Both the position numbers and the translations under genes were made by a program. A model generated the notes under the pieces. That model had not been told where the DNA came from. It searched no databases and saw only the letters and a program-made list of their open reading frames with translations. Shown piece after piece: positions 50,850 to 64,000 of a stretch of DNA of 64,000 bases. The DNA is taken from the NCBI GenBank assembly GCA_964270895.1, contig OZ185436.1. One strand, 5' to 3'. Positions within the stretch are counted from its first letter, which is position 1; every line of letters begins with the position of its first letter. This stretch comes from Podarcis filfolensis (lineage: Eukaryota).

Positions 50850-50966
50850 TCTTTCAGACATCGTCGGGATGACAAGTCCCATCAGGCCCAGCTGGCATGG
50901 CTGTCAGGGGTGATGGGAGCTGTAGTCCAAAAATCTCTTGATGGCCACAGGCTTCCTACCCCTGTA
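50850..50966. mobile_element. Palindromic MITE remnant
   Basis: acaagtcccatcaggcccagc...ggtgatgggagctgtagtccaaaaatc...cacaggcttcctacccctg. Confidence 0.5.
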
Positions 50967-52429
50967 GGAATGGTTTAAATTATATTTAAGGGGTCCCTAT
51001 CTTTAATGAGATCCAGCATTTAGAAAGGCAAATCATCATAAGGTATAGTCCCTTTCCATAACTCGTTAAATCCTTGGATAAATAGGAAAAACTTTTCTAT
51101 TCCAGCTCAGTGTCAGGGCTCTTTCTCACTGAGCATAACTCTGCAAAGCAAATAGCTCAAAGTTCACTGCTTGGGTTTTCCAGTTTTCCTGTGAGCTTAT
51201 CCACACTGTTACAAGGCAGAGAGAGCATCTCTTCTGGAATGAATGTGTGTCTTCTGTTGGGTATAAGTAGCTTATACCCTTCAACCCCCGGCACCACTGT
51301 GAATAGAAAAAAACACACGCCGCAAGATAAACAGCTACTCAAGCTTTATCAGTATGGACTCTCAGAGGGCTAGAAATAGAGCACGATCTCAGTGATTATG
51401 GGAATTGCTACCTCATTATTGAGGTGTGAACAGCTAGAATTTAAGAGTGTTTATTACCATTCACTCTTCACGTAAAACCAAGCATGTTTGTACTGGCACA
51501 GATCTGCTAATTAGATGCACACTGAATGCCCCCAACACAGATTCTGCCCATGCAAAGTACATTAAACCCAGCATTTGACCTTAAGGTGGGTTCAGTCCCC
51601 TTGGCAGCATGCTAAGTGGCTAAGCTGCAGAATAAATATCTGTGCGAGGCTAATCCTCTTCCACAAAGAAATATCAGTGGGTCATTTTGGACAATATTTC
51701 TTCCCAGGATCATAGTGGGAATTCAAAACCAGGATTTCCTTGGTTTACTTACTCCCCAAAGGAAGTGAAGCAGAGAGGGTGATGGAAGAGGGAGCACTGA
51801 AGACTAGGGCCCGCCCTCATCTCACACGCACACAGCCCCAGGCTGTTTCCACTTAAAGAGGAGGAAACCAATGATATGGGGTCTGAATAAAATTAAGGTA
51901 ATACATTGGCAGGGAGCAGTGTAGGTTTCTAACAACTGAGCACAAAAGCTCATTAAGGAATAAGCCATCATGAGCTGTGAAAGCAAAAGGGCGAAATGCC
52001 TATCCTCTCAACTGCCCATCCCTTTCTTCTCCCCATTTGGGAGATGCCAAAGTCTGGCTGTACGAGCGGTTAAAATCACTGTAACCTTTAAGACTTAAGT
52101 GGTGAAGAATGAGCAAGATAAGCAACTGGAACCAGATGGAAGCTATATGTAAATGACACCATCACTAGTGGCATACAGCTCTAATGCACTATTTATAAAC
52201 TCTCCGCATGCAAGTTGAAGGGAAAGTAGGACAGGTGACAATCAGTCCTTCTGAGAATATAATACATAACACTTTGCACTTATGAAATCCACTTCCCTTC
52301 CTACCACTTCAGATGCACAACAGGAACACAATAGGAAGCTGTGCTAGTTCAGCTTTGTCTACAATGACTGAAAGCAGCTCTCCAGTATTTCACACAGGGT
52401 TTTACCAGCAGCCTTCTGCACCTCCAATC

Positions 52430-52600
52430 TCCACAAACCTTAAACCAATCCTGTAAGGAACGTAATTTTCATTCTCCTCATATTACAAATTAGGGAGTTG
52501 AGGGTGAGAGACAGTGGCTCATCCAAGGCCACCTAGCAAAGTTGTGGTTGAGGTGACATTTGACCTGAGGCCTTACCAGCTCACTCTATTCACTATGGTA
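52430..52600 (-). mobile_element. Ancient MIR/CORE-like SINE
   Basis: caatcctgtaagg...ctcatattacaaattagggagttgagggtgagagacagtggctcatccaaggccacctagc. Confidence 0.5.
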
Positions 52601-52662
52601 CATTAGCTGTCATATAAAACCTTGATTTTGACACATAAATGAACTTACTAGAAATGCATATA

Positions 52663-53179
52663 TGGAAGCACCTTGGTTGTCAAACTTAACCCATTCCGGA
52701 AGTCTGTTCCAAAACCAAAGCGTTCCAAAACCAAGGTGCGCTTTCCCATAGAAAGTAATGCAAAATGGATTAATCCGTTCCAGACTTTTAAAAACAACCC
52801 CTAAAACAGCAATTTAACATGAATTTTACTATCTAACGAGACCACTGATCCATGAAATGAAAGCAATAAACAATGTACTGCAATCACACAATCAATCAAT
52901 CAATCAATCAGTAGCTGAACTGGGTTCCACGCAGACACACACACACAAAAAAAAAACCGCTGCAAAAACAAAAACGCAAAATAAATAGCAAAACCAGACA
53001 GACCTCAGCGTAACACTCAAATTGGAAGTGTGGCTCTCAAATCAGAAGCGTAACACTCAAAATGGAGCATGTTCGGCTTCCGAAAAAAGTTTGCAAACTG
53101 GAACACTTACTTCCGGTTTGAAGCGTTCTGGTTCCAAGTTGTTTGAGTACCAAGGAGTTTGAGAACCAAGGTACCACTG
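52663..53179. mobile_element. Non-autonomous Tigger/pogo-like DNA transposon (~520 bp)
   Basis: Right TIR ccaaggtaccactg|ta, same TIR class as the 226-bp MITEs; left TIR decayed (agcaccttggtt); internal duplicated agcgtaacactcaaa. Confidence 0.75.
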
Positions 53180-53849
53180 TAATTGATTAGCTCAATGGAG
53201 AAAATTGCTGCAGTATCACAGGAAAGGTTAAAATATTTTTTTAAAAATTAACTTTAAAACAAAATATCCCATTTTACACAAATAATACATTCCCTGAAGG
53301 ACTAGTTTTTAACATCATTGCCTGAATAAGATAAAAGATTATTCACAACATATTCAGCTCCTAATTTTTTTTACACTGGATTCAAAAGCAATCTGAACTC
53401 TCCATTTGTAACTCTACAATTAAATGGTTGGTAGTGTCAACTGAATCTTTTGGTACAAGCAAAAGACTTTCTACAAACCATCAGAGAAGAACATGAGGAT
53501 TAAGACTCTGTTGCAAGGAACCTTTTTTTTAAAGTAACTAACTTTCCTTTCCCCCCTGTAATTATTATTAACAGGAACCATTCAAAAGCTTTTCTATTTC
53601 CAAAAACAAATCTCTTGCTAATGTCAATAATTGTAGTTGCTATATAAAGTGTTTTACAAGATACAGCTGACGAATAATTATTTTTCCCTTATTGAATATG
53701 TTTTTAGTAGGAAGAAGCCATACAGTAATGATGAATAAAACCAGCTTGTTTTTAAACTTCAGCTTTAAAATTTACTTGGGCCCAATTAAAACATTATTAG
53801 AGTTCTTTAAAAAGTACCATAGGATATTTTTACATCTCCCAAACTCTAG

Positions 53850-54567
53850 AATAAAAGATGTTGTCCTGCAACTTTTCTTCATAGGGAAGTTGCTCCACCC
53901 CCTTGATCATTTTAGTTGGCCTTTTCTGAACCCTTTCCAACTCTAGAACATCCTTCTTGAGATGCGACAACCAGAACTGTACTCCAAATGTATTCCAAAT
54001 GTGGTCGTGACACAGATTTGTATAACAGCATTATGATATCAGCAGTTTTATGTTCAAGTCACTTCCTAATGATCCCTAGCATGGAATCTGCCTTTTTCAC
54101 AACCACTGTACACTGGGTCGACATCTTCACTGAGCTGTCCAATGAAGCTACCCAAGGTCTCTTTCCTGCTAGTTCAGACCCCATGAAGATACATGTGAAA
54201 ATAAAATGCTTTGCCTCAATATGCATCACTTTGCACTTGTTTACACTGAACTGCATTTGCCATTTTACAAACTCAAACAATTTAATATCAGCAGCAAGCT
54301 TGGCTACCTCACTGCCCACTCCTAGCTCTAGATCGTTTATCAACAAGTTAAAAAGCACAGGTCCTAATACCGATCCTTGGAGGACTCAATTTTCTAAGCT
54401 TCTCCACTTGGAGAACTGTCCATTTATTCTTACTCTTTGCTTTCTGCAACTTAACCAATTCCTGAGCTGCAAGAGGACCTCTCCTTTTATTCCTTGATGA
54501 CTAAAGCTTATTGAGAAGTCTTTGATGAGCTGCTTCGAGGACAGCTTTTTGAAAGTCCAAGTATACT
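53850..54567 (-). mobile_element. CR1 ORF2 reverse-transcriptase fragment (pseudogenised)
   Basis: Minus-strand YLDFQKA..HQRLL, LFNLLINDLE..LAADIKLF (decayed FADD), WQMQFSVNKCKVMH; frameshifts and stops. Confidence 0.9.
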
Positions 54568-56239
54568 AGGAAGGCAGTAGTTCATGGAGAATTAAAAATC
54601 CAAAGAGCTAGATTAATGTTAAAATAGGCAAGAAAAGATTCACAAAATAAATAACCACATCTATATACCAAACCCATATAAAATTAGTCATTTCCTAGAC
54701 ATGTAAGGAAACGAAATGTTTGAGGTACTCAGAATTATCAGCTTTATAAACTCCTTGAGATGCAAGATTGATGCCAGCAACCAATGACTCTTCTCCACCA
54801 CTAGAATATGTATTGTCCAAGGTATTTCCTATTACAAAATAGAACAGTACTCTTTTAGGGTGTCCCATTTGAGGTTATGCTCCTTAGATATTACACACAA
54901 ATATCTTTATCACCCTGAGTTACTGTAAATGACAGGATGTGACTAAGTGACTCATTACTTTGTGGTTGCTGGATTCTGAGTGCCCAGATTGTTCCTGTAA
55001 CACCTCATGGCAAAAGTCAGCCCAAGGATGTAGGCTCCATTGCCTGTCTCTGGTACGATTGTTCATGCTTGGGTTGGGTTACACATCCTCTTGGAAAAGC
55101 ATTAAGTAAACTAGGAACAGGCAAAAGCCTCTTCAATGAGATCACTAGGATGCAATCGACTCTCAGTATGTCAAACTCTTAGCCTTTGGCATGCAAAGTC
55201 CAGTACTGGGACAAAAAATAGGTTACCCATCATTACAAAATACTGGGGGGGGGGGAGCTTTTGAAGGGTCAATTCTGGTGATACGATGCTGATGGATTTG
55301 CTTTCTTCAACTGGAACAACAGGAATTCAGAATTTAAAATTTTTGTGGATTTAAATTTATGAGGTGCTCTGGAAAAAGGTAGAGGTAAAAAATTCAGCCG
55401 GCAACATATCTTCCTCTTCAAAATTAATCATTTGCTTCCCATTCATTTTGTTTTTTCTCTGCACATAATAAAGGGATGCAATGGTAGCAGTGATATAATG
55501 CAGGAGAAATGGATGTGGGACATTTTTATTCAGTGGATTTATGTTTGGAATCAATTTAAAGTTAGCACACCTATTCCAGCTTCAACAGACTGACAGATAA
55601 GCTACGTTAAAAATAAAAACCGGAAGACACTTGCATATATTTCATATTTCCCACTTAAATTATTTTACACTTAAATATCAGCCTTTCATGAGACTAGAGC
55701 TTAGATATCACAGACCTGCTATTAAAGTAAAATCAAATAAGAAATAAGTTTTAATGCTCATTTTTCTCTTTGTGTGTACAGTATTTAAAACTTCTTTTTT
55801 CTTTTGCTTGGCTGCATATCTCCAAGATGGACGAAGGCAGGCTTGATATTCCTCTCTTCCCACCAAGGATGATGCAGCTTACTTCAGAATTGTGTCATCA
55901 TGGCAATGAAATTTCCTATAACTAAGGGCATAGCAAGATGTCACAGGGGCACAATTGATGGCTTAGAATACAGGTCATGTCACAAAGCTGTAAAAAAGGA
56001 TGCGTGGGCAACAGAACCATACTTCAGCCATTCTCAAAGGAGAAAAACATTAAATATACCACAGGAACGAGAACATTCACAGAATCAAGAATGTACTTAA
56101 AGCTCACTCTTTAGAAAGATATTGTTTGCAACACTCTGCAAATCACTTTTGGTGACAATCTTGTTCTTCAAAGAAACAAAAATCAAAAAGCACCTGCTTC
56201 CTATGCTGTCATTGCCCACATTAATTTACTATTAATTAA

Positions 56240-56400
56240 TTTTAATTTCATTTTTATTTCACCCTTCTTGGAGCAGTGAACACTATCGTTTGTTCCATCA
56301 CAGCAACCCTGATCAGTAGTTTAGGGGGACAGTGTGTGACCAGCACAAGGCACATAGTGAGCTTTGCGGGGGTTTGAACCCGGCTCTCCTAACTCCGGTG
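56240..56400 (-). mobile_element. tRNA/CORE SINE remnant
   Basis: Reverse B-box (ggggtttgaacccgg) and CORE-like body. Confidence 0.45.
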
Positions 56401-57555
56401 GCGATATGGAAATATGATGGGTAGTTCGATTCACTGCAGTTTGCATTACAGTCATTTACCATGCTCTTGGGGAGCAACAAGATCTACGGGAGCTCGTTTC
56501 ATAGGCTCGGCAATGCTGCTTTCCTGCAGACCATTACGAATTCATCTGGCTCCAAACACTCACAGTTGCTTGTACACTTGTCAGAGATTACATATTATGA
56601 AAATGGCCTCAATACAGACCAAAAATACACAGATGAGGGAACTGTGTCTTCTGTCCAAGACAGATCACTGAACGATAATTTGTGCAGATACTGAGTTGAT
56701 ATTAATCAAGGGCGGAACACTTCTGGAAAAATATGTGCTCCACATCACACACAAGGCTAATCAGAGACCCCATGTGCAAAGTTCTGATTATATTGCCTAG
56801 GAATGGGAGTTCTCAGCACTAGTCATGGAACAGACCCAAACTGAAGTTCAGCAACTCCAACTCTGACTAAACAAACATACACATGAGCAGCAGAAGGTAT
56901 TCACGTGCTACGTACTGTGAAGTTTTGGTGAGAATTGGTATCAGTGTGGGCAGATCATAATCATTTTACCTTGATTTATTTGTTTGTTCTTTTGTGAGTT
57001 TAAATCTGTGATGGGAAACCAGCAATGGAACACTCTCCCCAGCTCTTTTTGCAAATGCTGTTCTATGGTGCTCTTTTAAAGTTATGTCAAGACAGATTTT
57101 TTTTTTTTTAAAGTCTCCACATCTCTTCCCTCCTAAGGCCTTCAGTTTAGTAATCTCAGAACAGCTGGGGTTTTAATCTGTTTTCTCTGAGGACTGAGAT
57201 TAGAGAAATGCTTTTCTTTTTTAAAAAAGTTTCCCATTTCAAATCTGGCAGGCAAGTAAAGTTGTTGTAGGCTAGGACAACTTTTGTGAATTTTAATTTT
57301 CAAGGCTGATCTCACTCCATCATTCCCGCAGTACATAACAAATGAATAAACTCAGGGACATGTGAGCAGGCAAGTCTGTTAACTTTTGTGCAATGCTTGC
57401 CAGGGCTGAATATGCACCTTCAAAACCCTGGAAAAAAACAGGATCAGATTGGGAGCAGAAAGGGTGAAAAACAGGGCATGAGGACACAAAATGTGCACTT
57501 GACCCTTAGACTACTAGTATTAATGTTTGATGTTTTCTCATGTTTTTAATATTCT

Positions 57556-57616
57556 GTTGGGAGCCACCCAGAGTGGCTAGGGAAACCCAGCCAGATGAGT
57601 GAGGTATAAATTTATT

Positions 57617-57655
<39 letters not shown>

Positions 57656-57671
57656 ATTGTTGTTGTTGTTG
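57556..57671 (+). mobile_element. L2-type LINE/SINE 3' end with (TTG)n tail
   Basis: tgggagccacccagagtggctagggaaacccagccagatgagtgaggtataaat followed by (TTG)n at 57618-57671. Confidence 0.7.
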
Positions 57672-59102
57672 GCAGTGACACCTTCTCAATGAAGAAAGTG
57701 CTCAGCAAATGGGGAAGTATCAGAGCTGCGGCCTTCCAGTCACTTAATGTTCATGCAACCCTCTCTAGAAGCAGACCAGATGGATCAAATCTTTGCAGAG
57801 ATCACACAGCTGGAAGCATTTCAAAGTTCTACCATACTGTAAGAAAAAAGAAAAGCTCAAAAATCTATAGATTTGCTCCCATGGGGTCATCTCAACAACT
57901 GAGTGAGTGCTACAGTATGGTTTAACTTCAAATCTGTCTCTCATACTAGTCCAGGAAAAAGAAAAGGGTGTGCATCACCAGACTTCTACAAGCTACATTA
58001 ATGCAGGATCCATTTGATCCCACTGAAACTTCAGGATGTAAAATACAGCCGGGTGTTTGTATTTAACTACTTGCCTGGGACACCACAAGGAAAAACAAGG
58101 CATTGCGATCAGGTGAGTGAGCAGACTGGTGGCGGAGGAAGTGAAGTGTCTACCTCTGTAGCAAGAATGAAAATACAGCAGTTCGGTGGAGGAAAGACTG
58201 ATCACTCTTATCCCTCACTCACGAACCTGATGCCCTCCTTCCTAGGCACTGAGGAAGGAGCTTCCTGCATATCCCCTGCTGGAGGAAAGCAAATCGCTTC
58301 CTCTGCAGCTGGCAGAGAAACCAAGTGAGCTTCCATGCTGGTAGAGGATAAAGCTGAGCCTCTTCCCCCACGGCCAGCATGGAAACCATGTAGGCTGGCA
58401 GACAAGGGGCAGAGACAACTGCCCCTGCTTCATTTGTTAAGAGACTTTATAATCATAATAAAACCTAGCCCGCAAATGTTGTGATCCATGCAAAGCAAGC
58501 AGCGCTAAGATGAAAGAGGCCAAAACTTTTAAAATGCCAACACCCTGTCCTGAAGGAGAGTGCTTGCGCTCCTTTCTGTGGCCTCCTGACAGACCTGCCT
58601 CCTGGACCATGTGAAACAGGAGGCCTTAGACTGATCTGGCAAATCACGCTGGGGGCAAGGTGCCCGTGAAGGTCCTGGCTCAGGGTCCACACATTCCTGA
58701 CTGCTGGCCGTAAGTTCAGTATTGTTCAGTTCCTCAGCCCGTGGGTGGTGCAAAAGCCAAAGAGTCGATCAGTTCATCCTCCCAACTCTGAGCTTGAGGC
58801 TGAGGCCATGGCAGCAAAGAGGCTACTTTTCTTTCATTTTTTTTAGTTTTTTTAAAAAGTCAGGCTAGCAACTTTTCAGGGCTTATAATGGCAAAGCTGC
58901 TCTAATCGTCAGCCCTAGATGTGATCATTTAAACTAAAAGAGAATATATAAGCATACTCCCAGACCAAAGGGCAAACTATAGGTAAAAATAATGCTAAAC
59001 TGGAAAAGGTGTGTTGCACAGCTCCAGGAAAAACCGAAAAACCACCAATCATGCCTCCTCAAGGTCAAGAACCGATCATGTACTAGGCATTTTTCTGTCC
59101 TG

Positions 59103-59116
59103 TGCTGCCACCTACT
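59103..59116 (-). promoter_or_regulatory. Consensus CTCF core motif
   Basis: CCAGTAGGTGGCAG on the minus strand, 14/14 to CCASYAGRKGGCRS; motif match only. Confidence 0.45.
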
Positions 59117-60152
59117 GGCTCAGACAGGAATAATCAAACAGCTAACCGCACCTAACCTGCTTAGGTCTCTCTCTCCTCTCATGGAAGGCTCCCTTGAGAA
59201 GCGCAAGTACGAACTGACACAGAAAAAACCCTGCACCAGAGCTACATGTTGGTGGCATGCTTTTTAGACATGCATCATTTTGCGGCACAGTAATTCAGTT
59301 CTGCATAATTTTGCAACACAATAATTCAGTTTTACTAGCAAATCGGATGTTAAACTAAGCTCTTTCTAGCCCTGGGGGAAGCATGAGGCGTGTTCGTGCG
59401 ACACACCTACACACTGCAGCCGACACACTGATGTATCCCGACATACAGTTTGAAAGGCCCTGCCCTACACCTACCTACAAACAGAAACTGTAGCCTCTTG
59501 AGCGAAGGCACTATTGTTCCTGGGACACTGCTGTATAATCTGTCCTCCTTTTACAGCTCATTTTCTAGATCTAAGAGGCAGATCCCCAACAAAGGCACAG
59601 GGCCCAAAATAAAAGTACCCTGAGGCCCAATTCTATGTCCAAGGGGCATCCACACCAATGTACTCTGGTTAATTTTGCAACTGATGGAAGAGAAGGGAAG
59701 GCATAGTAAATATTTTATGACACAGTGGCATCTAGGCCAAACCATACATGAGATAATGATCCAGGCGGACATGGGCAGATTCAGTAACAGTTTTGAAACA
59801 ATTCTTCACTTTTTAAAACTTCTCTGAAATCTTACTTTGATGACCTAAAAATTCAGCACTCTCTCTTTCCCATTGCTCGGCCTGAACCCAATGCTAGGAG
59901 TGGGAAGCAAACTCTGTTGTCAATTCACTTTTATACCATCACACTTAGAAATGGAGATGATTAATTGTGGCTCTTCTATTACTGTTCGGGGAGGGGGGGG
60001 AACTATCATTGGGAGTGGTTAATAATGATGCAACAGAGACGACGCGCCGAAGGTTTTCAGTAGAACAGAACTATGAGAAGGTACAACACCGAAAATAATG
60101 ACTCTGTGCTCTCTTGAACCCATCAAACTCTGAAAGCAAGGACGGTCCTTAC

Positions 60153-60245
60153 CATTCTGTTCCTCTAACTCATTCCCAATTTCCTGCCCCATCTGTTTTT
60201 GACGGGCTAAGACAGAAGAGAGAGCATCAAGACCAGCATCTTGCT
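60153..60245 (-). CDS. STX8: Syntaxin-8 exon (SNARE motif, N-terminal half)
   Basis: 93 nt; tgcag|AG CAA ... AAT G|gtaag; (E)QDAGLDALSSVLARQKQMGQEIGNELEEQN(E). Confidence 0.98.
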
Positions 60246-62689
60246 CTGCACAGGGGAGAAACAAAAAACAAAACAAAAAATGAATCTAATTAAATTCCAG
60301 TGTTCTGATGCTAAACCCCAGATTTATGACCCACGACAGCTGAGCAACATTATGAAAAAGTCTGCAACTGAAGTGTTAAAAACTTAATGACCCAAAGGCC
60401 TCACCAATGGCATGACAATGAATTCCAGAACAGACAGATCTTAAGAAACTAGGGTAAAAGTGACAGAGCTGGGTAGTGTCTTAGAAAAGAAAGTTTAGCC
60501 AAGAGTCCCAAACCCTTCAGAAACTGGATTTGCAGCTGCTCCTCCATCGTAAGAGCACTGGATGTTTTTTTATTTTATTTTGGCACACTCATATAGTTTC
60601 CTGATTAAGCCTTTTTGATTTTCCAGGGAAGGTTTAACACGACTGAGAAACAAATAGGTGATGCAAGCACCAAGGAATCCAAAGGGTTTCTCAAGCTGCG
60701 TGTAAATGTGGCGTTTATGGGGGGAGATAATCCAACTCTTGGCAAGGGGAGCTGCAGCCAGCACAGCCGCAATAGAAGTCTCCCTCTAGTCTTACAAAAT
60801 GCCCCCTATTGTAATCCAGAGCACATGGCATTACCACACCCTTGGTCCCAATGGCACTGAATTACACTCCAGTCGTACACAGCTCTCTTTTGTACTGGAG
60901 CCCTCTTGGAGAGTTGCTTTTGGGGAGGTCCTCCAAAGACAGCACAATCAACTACTGTGGGTAGTGTTTTGCAAAAGGGGAGGGGGTTCTTTTACAGGTG
61001 CCGGAGCGGGAGAGTTGTGTGCCAATGGCTGTTTAAGCAAAGAGGGCAAAAGATTAATGGCTAACTGATGGCTCAATAGATCTTTCTGCAGAAGCCGTTA
61101 TTTTTATTTTTTTTAAAACTCCCTACTTGACAGCATATACAATTGCTTTGAAATGCCCCCAAAGTGTCCACGAGGTTTTAAGACAAGCACTACAGGAGCA
61201 GAAAGTTGTTGTGGAAAAGCTGGCTTACTGGCATCAAGACGTTGTTTCCCATACAGATGGCATAGCCAAGCACCACACCGTTATGACTGCTGGTGCATGG
61301 GAGAGCGTTTCCAAGGCCAAAAATACTCCTCCTACCGTCAGGGAGAAGGACGTAGAACTTAATCAGCAAAAGAGGCCTCACAACTACTTCACATAAAATC
61401 ACTGTTCAAGAAAAAGCATAGAGCTAAGGGGACAGAAATGATGACAATGGAGAGGAGCAGGAAAGGGCTATATTCTGTGTGGGTAACTGGATCTGGCTGG
61501 CAATGACACCAGGTGGCCTTTTTTGCTAACAGGGGTCTTCGCATAGCAATTTGAAACAGGCCCCTGAAGACAATCAGTCTTCAGAAGCCCCTTTCAAAGC
61601 ACTATCTTCCAAGCCTTTTGTAGGCACTGCTAAAAAGCTGATAGGCAGTGCCTGCTGACCCACTTTTGGCTGAGCCAGGATTTTACCTGCCCCACACCTG
61701 ACATCGGGTGTTGGGAAGGCGGATGTCCCTTGGCCAAAATGGCCTTGAGGGCCAAACAGGGAAGCCCAGAGGACCTAACTGGGTCTGTGGGTCAGAAGTT
61801 CCCCATCCCCAGGCTATATGGAGATGGAAACCTGGGCACGGGGAAGGACTCGATCTACTTAAACAAGAGACCAGGATAGATCTGCACAACCTGTGGCTCA
61901 CTATGCCAATACAGCCTGCTGGGCTTATGCTGCTGCCTGCCAGTTGCTTGACAACTCTGTTTTAAGGTTCAACACCTACAGCAAAGGCTTACCGAGCCCC
62001 AAGTAAGCCACATTTTCTTGGTGGGACACAAGCCACACCAGCCAGTTCTAAGCTCATAATGATGAGGCAGCCCAGATCAAGGTGCCAGACTCTGGTTGTT
62101 TCAGGCTAAGAGTGGTCTGCAAGATAAAGTGGGCCAGTAAGAATTTTCATCCCTCACAAACAAGCCTGGATAAGAATGAGGTTTCCCTGTCTACACACTG
62201 ACATACGTTAGCCTGATTAGTGTGAAGTACGTCCAAGACCTTCCACCAGCAACCAAGGGATGCAGAAGACTGATATCTTCCAAGGAGCCTAGAAAATTCT
62301 GGAACTGAAACTCCGCTGGCACTTAAGGCTTGGTGCCTAATTATCTGAGGCATCTTATGGAATTCCGGTTTAACAAGCCAGCTCCTAGCTACCCACAGAA
62401 TTGTTTTTCAAATGACGAGTGTGTGAACTTAAGCAGAGAAATGCCCCCTGGACTCAAAACAAACATTTAACAAAGTGCTCGAATGTTTTGGATGGTCAGG
62501 GACAAAACAAGCTGGACATCAGAAATCAATACCTCCATCCTATACAAAAGAAGGTGAAGGTGGAAGATTTTCTGACCTAGGTCACTGGAGTAAAAGGATG
62601 CAATCAACACCAGTGGCTATCAACCATGAGGCCTATGTAGAGGCTCTAGGATAGGATTAAGGCTTTAAAAACCAAGAAGGATGACTTAC

Positions 62690-62814
62690 CTTCTATAATT
62701 CTCTGTTGCTGCTGCTGGATTTCATGAAAGCCAAGCCCTCTTGTTTCCTCAGGCTCCTCCACAAGCCATGGGTTTACGACACCTTGTCTGACCCCTCCAG
62801 CCATTAGGCTAGAC
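62690..62814 (-). CDS. STX8: Syntaxin-8 exon (linker before SNARE motif)
   Basis: 125 nt; ttccag|G TCT ... GAA G|gtaagt; SSLMAGGVRQGVVNPWLVEEPEETRGLGFHEIQQQQQRIIE, with the characteristic NPW..EEPEETRGLGF. Confidence 0.97.
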
Positions 62815-63524
62815 CTGGAAATATATATATTTTTTAAAAAATACAAGCTTCAACATTTTTAAATAATTTATTCAAAGGAGGAAAAAAAAAACCCAGCAAG
62901 CCTGTCATAGTTATCTGAAGCTTTAATATAAAAAGTGCAACTGCATCTCCAAAATTGCACACGTACAAAATGAATGACTTTTTTTGCATATTTGCAAAGA
63001 TCACAACATGTGTATATTGTGAAACATACCCCTACTTTTATTCTTGCAATATCTTTTTATACAGAGGAAGGAGCTGCAACTGCAGGCTTTGAATGACACC
63101 AAAGCCCTTTTTTTCCTGCAGCTACAGCTCTGCTGCTCCCTACCTAACAGATGGTGCTGGGAGAGGAGAGGACCCAGAAGGCAGGGTGGCTGCTGTGGTA
63201 TCTGGCCAGCAGACCAGACTTGGGAAAACTCCCGCTGAATTCAGAGGGACTTGCATGCAAAATAGTGCACAGGCATGCACTTAACCTGGAGGTAGGATTT
63301 TATGCAGCACTGCAATATTAATATAAATGAAAGACAGAGACAGGCCCTCATATTCTGTTGAAGTGCATCTATGCAACAGAAGAAGAATGAGGTATAATGG
63401 ATGAAAACCAGGATCTCTACCGAATTCATTTCTGCAGCATACAGAAAATGTGTGGATTTTCAGTATGAGAGAGACACCTGCTGGCTAAAAATGCAAGTTG
63501 CACAAGCCCTTCAGATACATCAAG

Positions 63525-63640
63525 ACTGGGGAAGTTGTGACTCTCCAGGTGCTGTTGGAGTCCCATCAACTCCAGGCAGCATGGCCGATGGTCAAGGATG
63601 ATGAGAGTTGGGTGGGCGACAGGTTCTCCATGCCGTAGAT
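63525..63640. mobile_element. Palindromic MITE remnant
   Basis: ctctccaggtgctgttggagtcccatc...caaggatgatgagagttggg...acaggttctccatgcc. Confidence 0.45.
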
Positions 63641-63774
63641 ACATTTAACCGCTGACTATAAGCATATGCCATGCTAAAAAAAAGGGGGGGATCACTTTAC
63701 CTAGAAAGAGTGCCCTGTCCACCAAATCAAATACCTGTCTACCAAATGAATTACATGTTAGTGCTTAGAGTTTA

Positions 63775-63870
63775 TGGAAGGACTGGTGGGTCACTGGCAC
63801 ATCTGCTTTGCATGGAAAAAAATGCCAGGCTCAGTCCCCAGCACTTCCTGATAGGGCTGGGAGAGACCGA
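63775..63870 (+). mobile_element. tRNA-derived SINE head remnant
   Basis: gcacatctgctttgcatgg...caggctcagtccccagcacttcctgatagggctgggagagacc, related to 1451-1592. Confidence 0.5.
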
Positions 63871-64000
63871 TATCAGCATTGGCCCTCCAAGGTCTACTGA
63901 AGTGACAAACCTGTGGCTCGGCCCAGTCCACGAAGTTATTTTTAGTAGCCCACAGCTATTTTCCAAAACTGAATACTTCCAAAACTGTTTGCTGTGTTTT

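Noticed and set aside
53988-54497. 169-aa plus-strand ORF
   Set aside because: Antisense shadow of the CR1 RT fragment
59276-59336. ~31-bp imperfect tandem duplication
   Set aside because: Only two degenerate units; ordinary slippage, not an array
60019-60276. Track ORF as a standalone 85-aa gene
   Set aside because: It is the 93-nt STX8 exon plus intronic read-through; the same applies to 62646-62846
62815-64000. Next upstream STX8 exon
   Set aside because: No syntaxin-8-like translation with matching splice sites found; it presumably lies beyond the window
1-64000. CRISPR arrays, operons, rRNA, intact LTR/ERV or autonomous transposase
   Set aside because: None seen; the window is eukaryotic intronic DNA and the repeated hairpins are dispersed MITEs, not regularly spaced arrays

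Overview
Vertebrate (squamate, probably lacertid lizard) genomic DNA, judged from Sauria-type SINEs, CR1/L2 tails and palindromic MITEs. The only host gene I can support is syntaxin-8 (STX8) on the minus strand. Its last four coding exons are 62814-62690, 60245-60153, 25003-24902 and 3001-2934, all GT-AG and splicing into one frame that covers the Qc-SNARE motif and C-terminal transmembrane anchor; the upstream exons lie beyond the right edge. The rest is intron (2.4, 35.1 and 21.9 kb) plus 3' flank, with many retro- and DNA-transposon relics. Most notable: (1) a complete ~2.06-kb non-autonomous L1-type retroposon (6854-8919) with a CpG-rich internal promoter, an intact 214-aa orphan ORF, an L1-like 3' UTR motif shared with a true L1 in this window, a poly(A) tail and a 17-bp TSD; (2) a Penelope-like insertion (37781-38016, 12-bp TSD) forming a perfect 82-bp inverted repeat with a minimal hammerhead ribozyme motif on each strand; (3) an L1 nested in another L1 with both TSD pairs readable; (4) a transposon-poor, TF-motif-rich stretch of the last intron that may hold enhancers. 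Repeat family names and orthologue comparisons are from recall; no database searches were run, and counts and alignments were done by hand.
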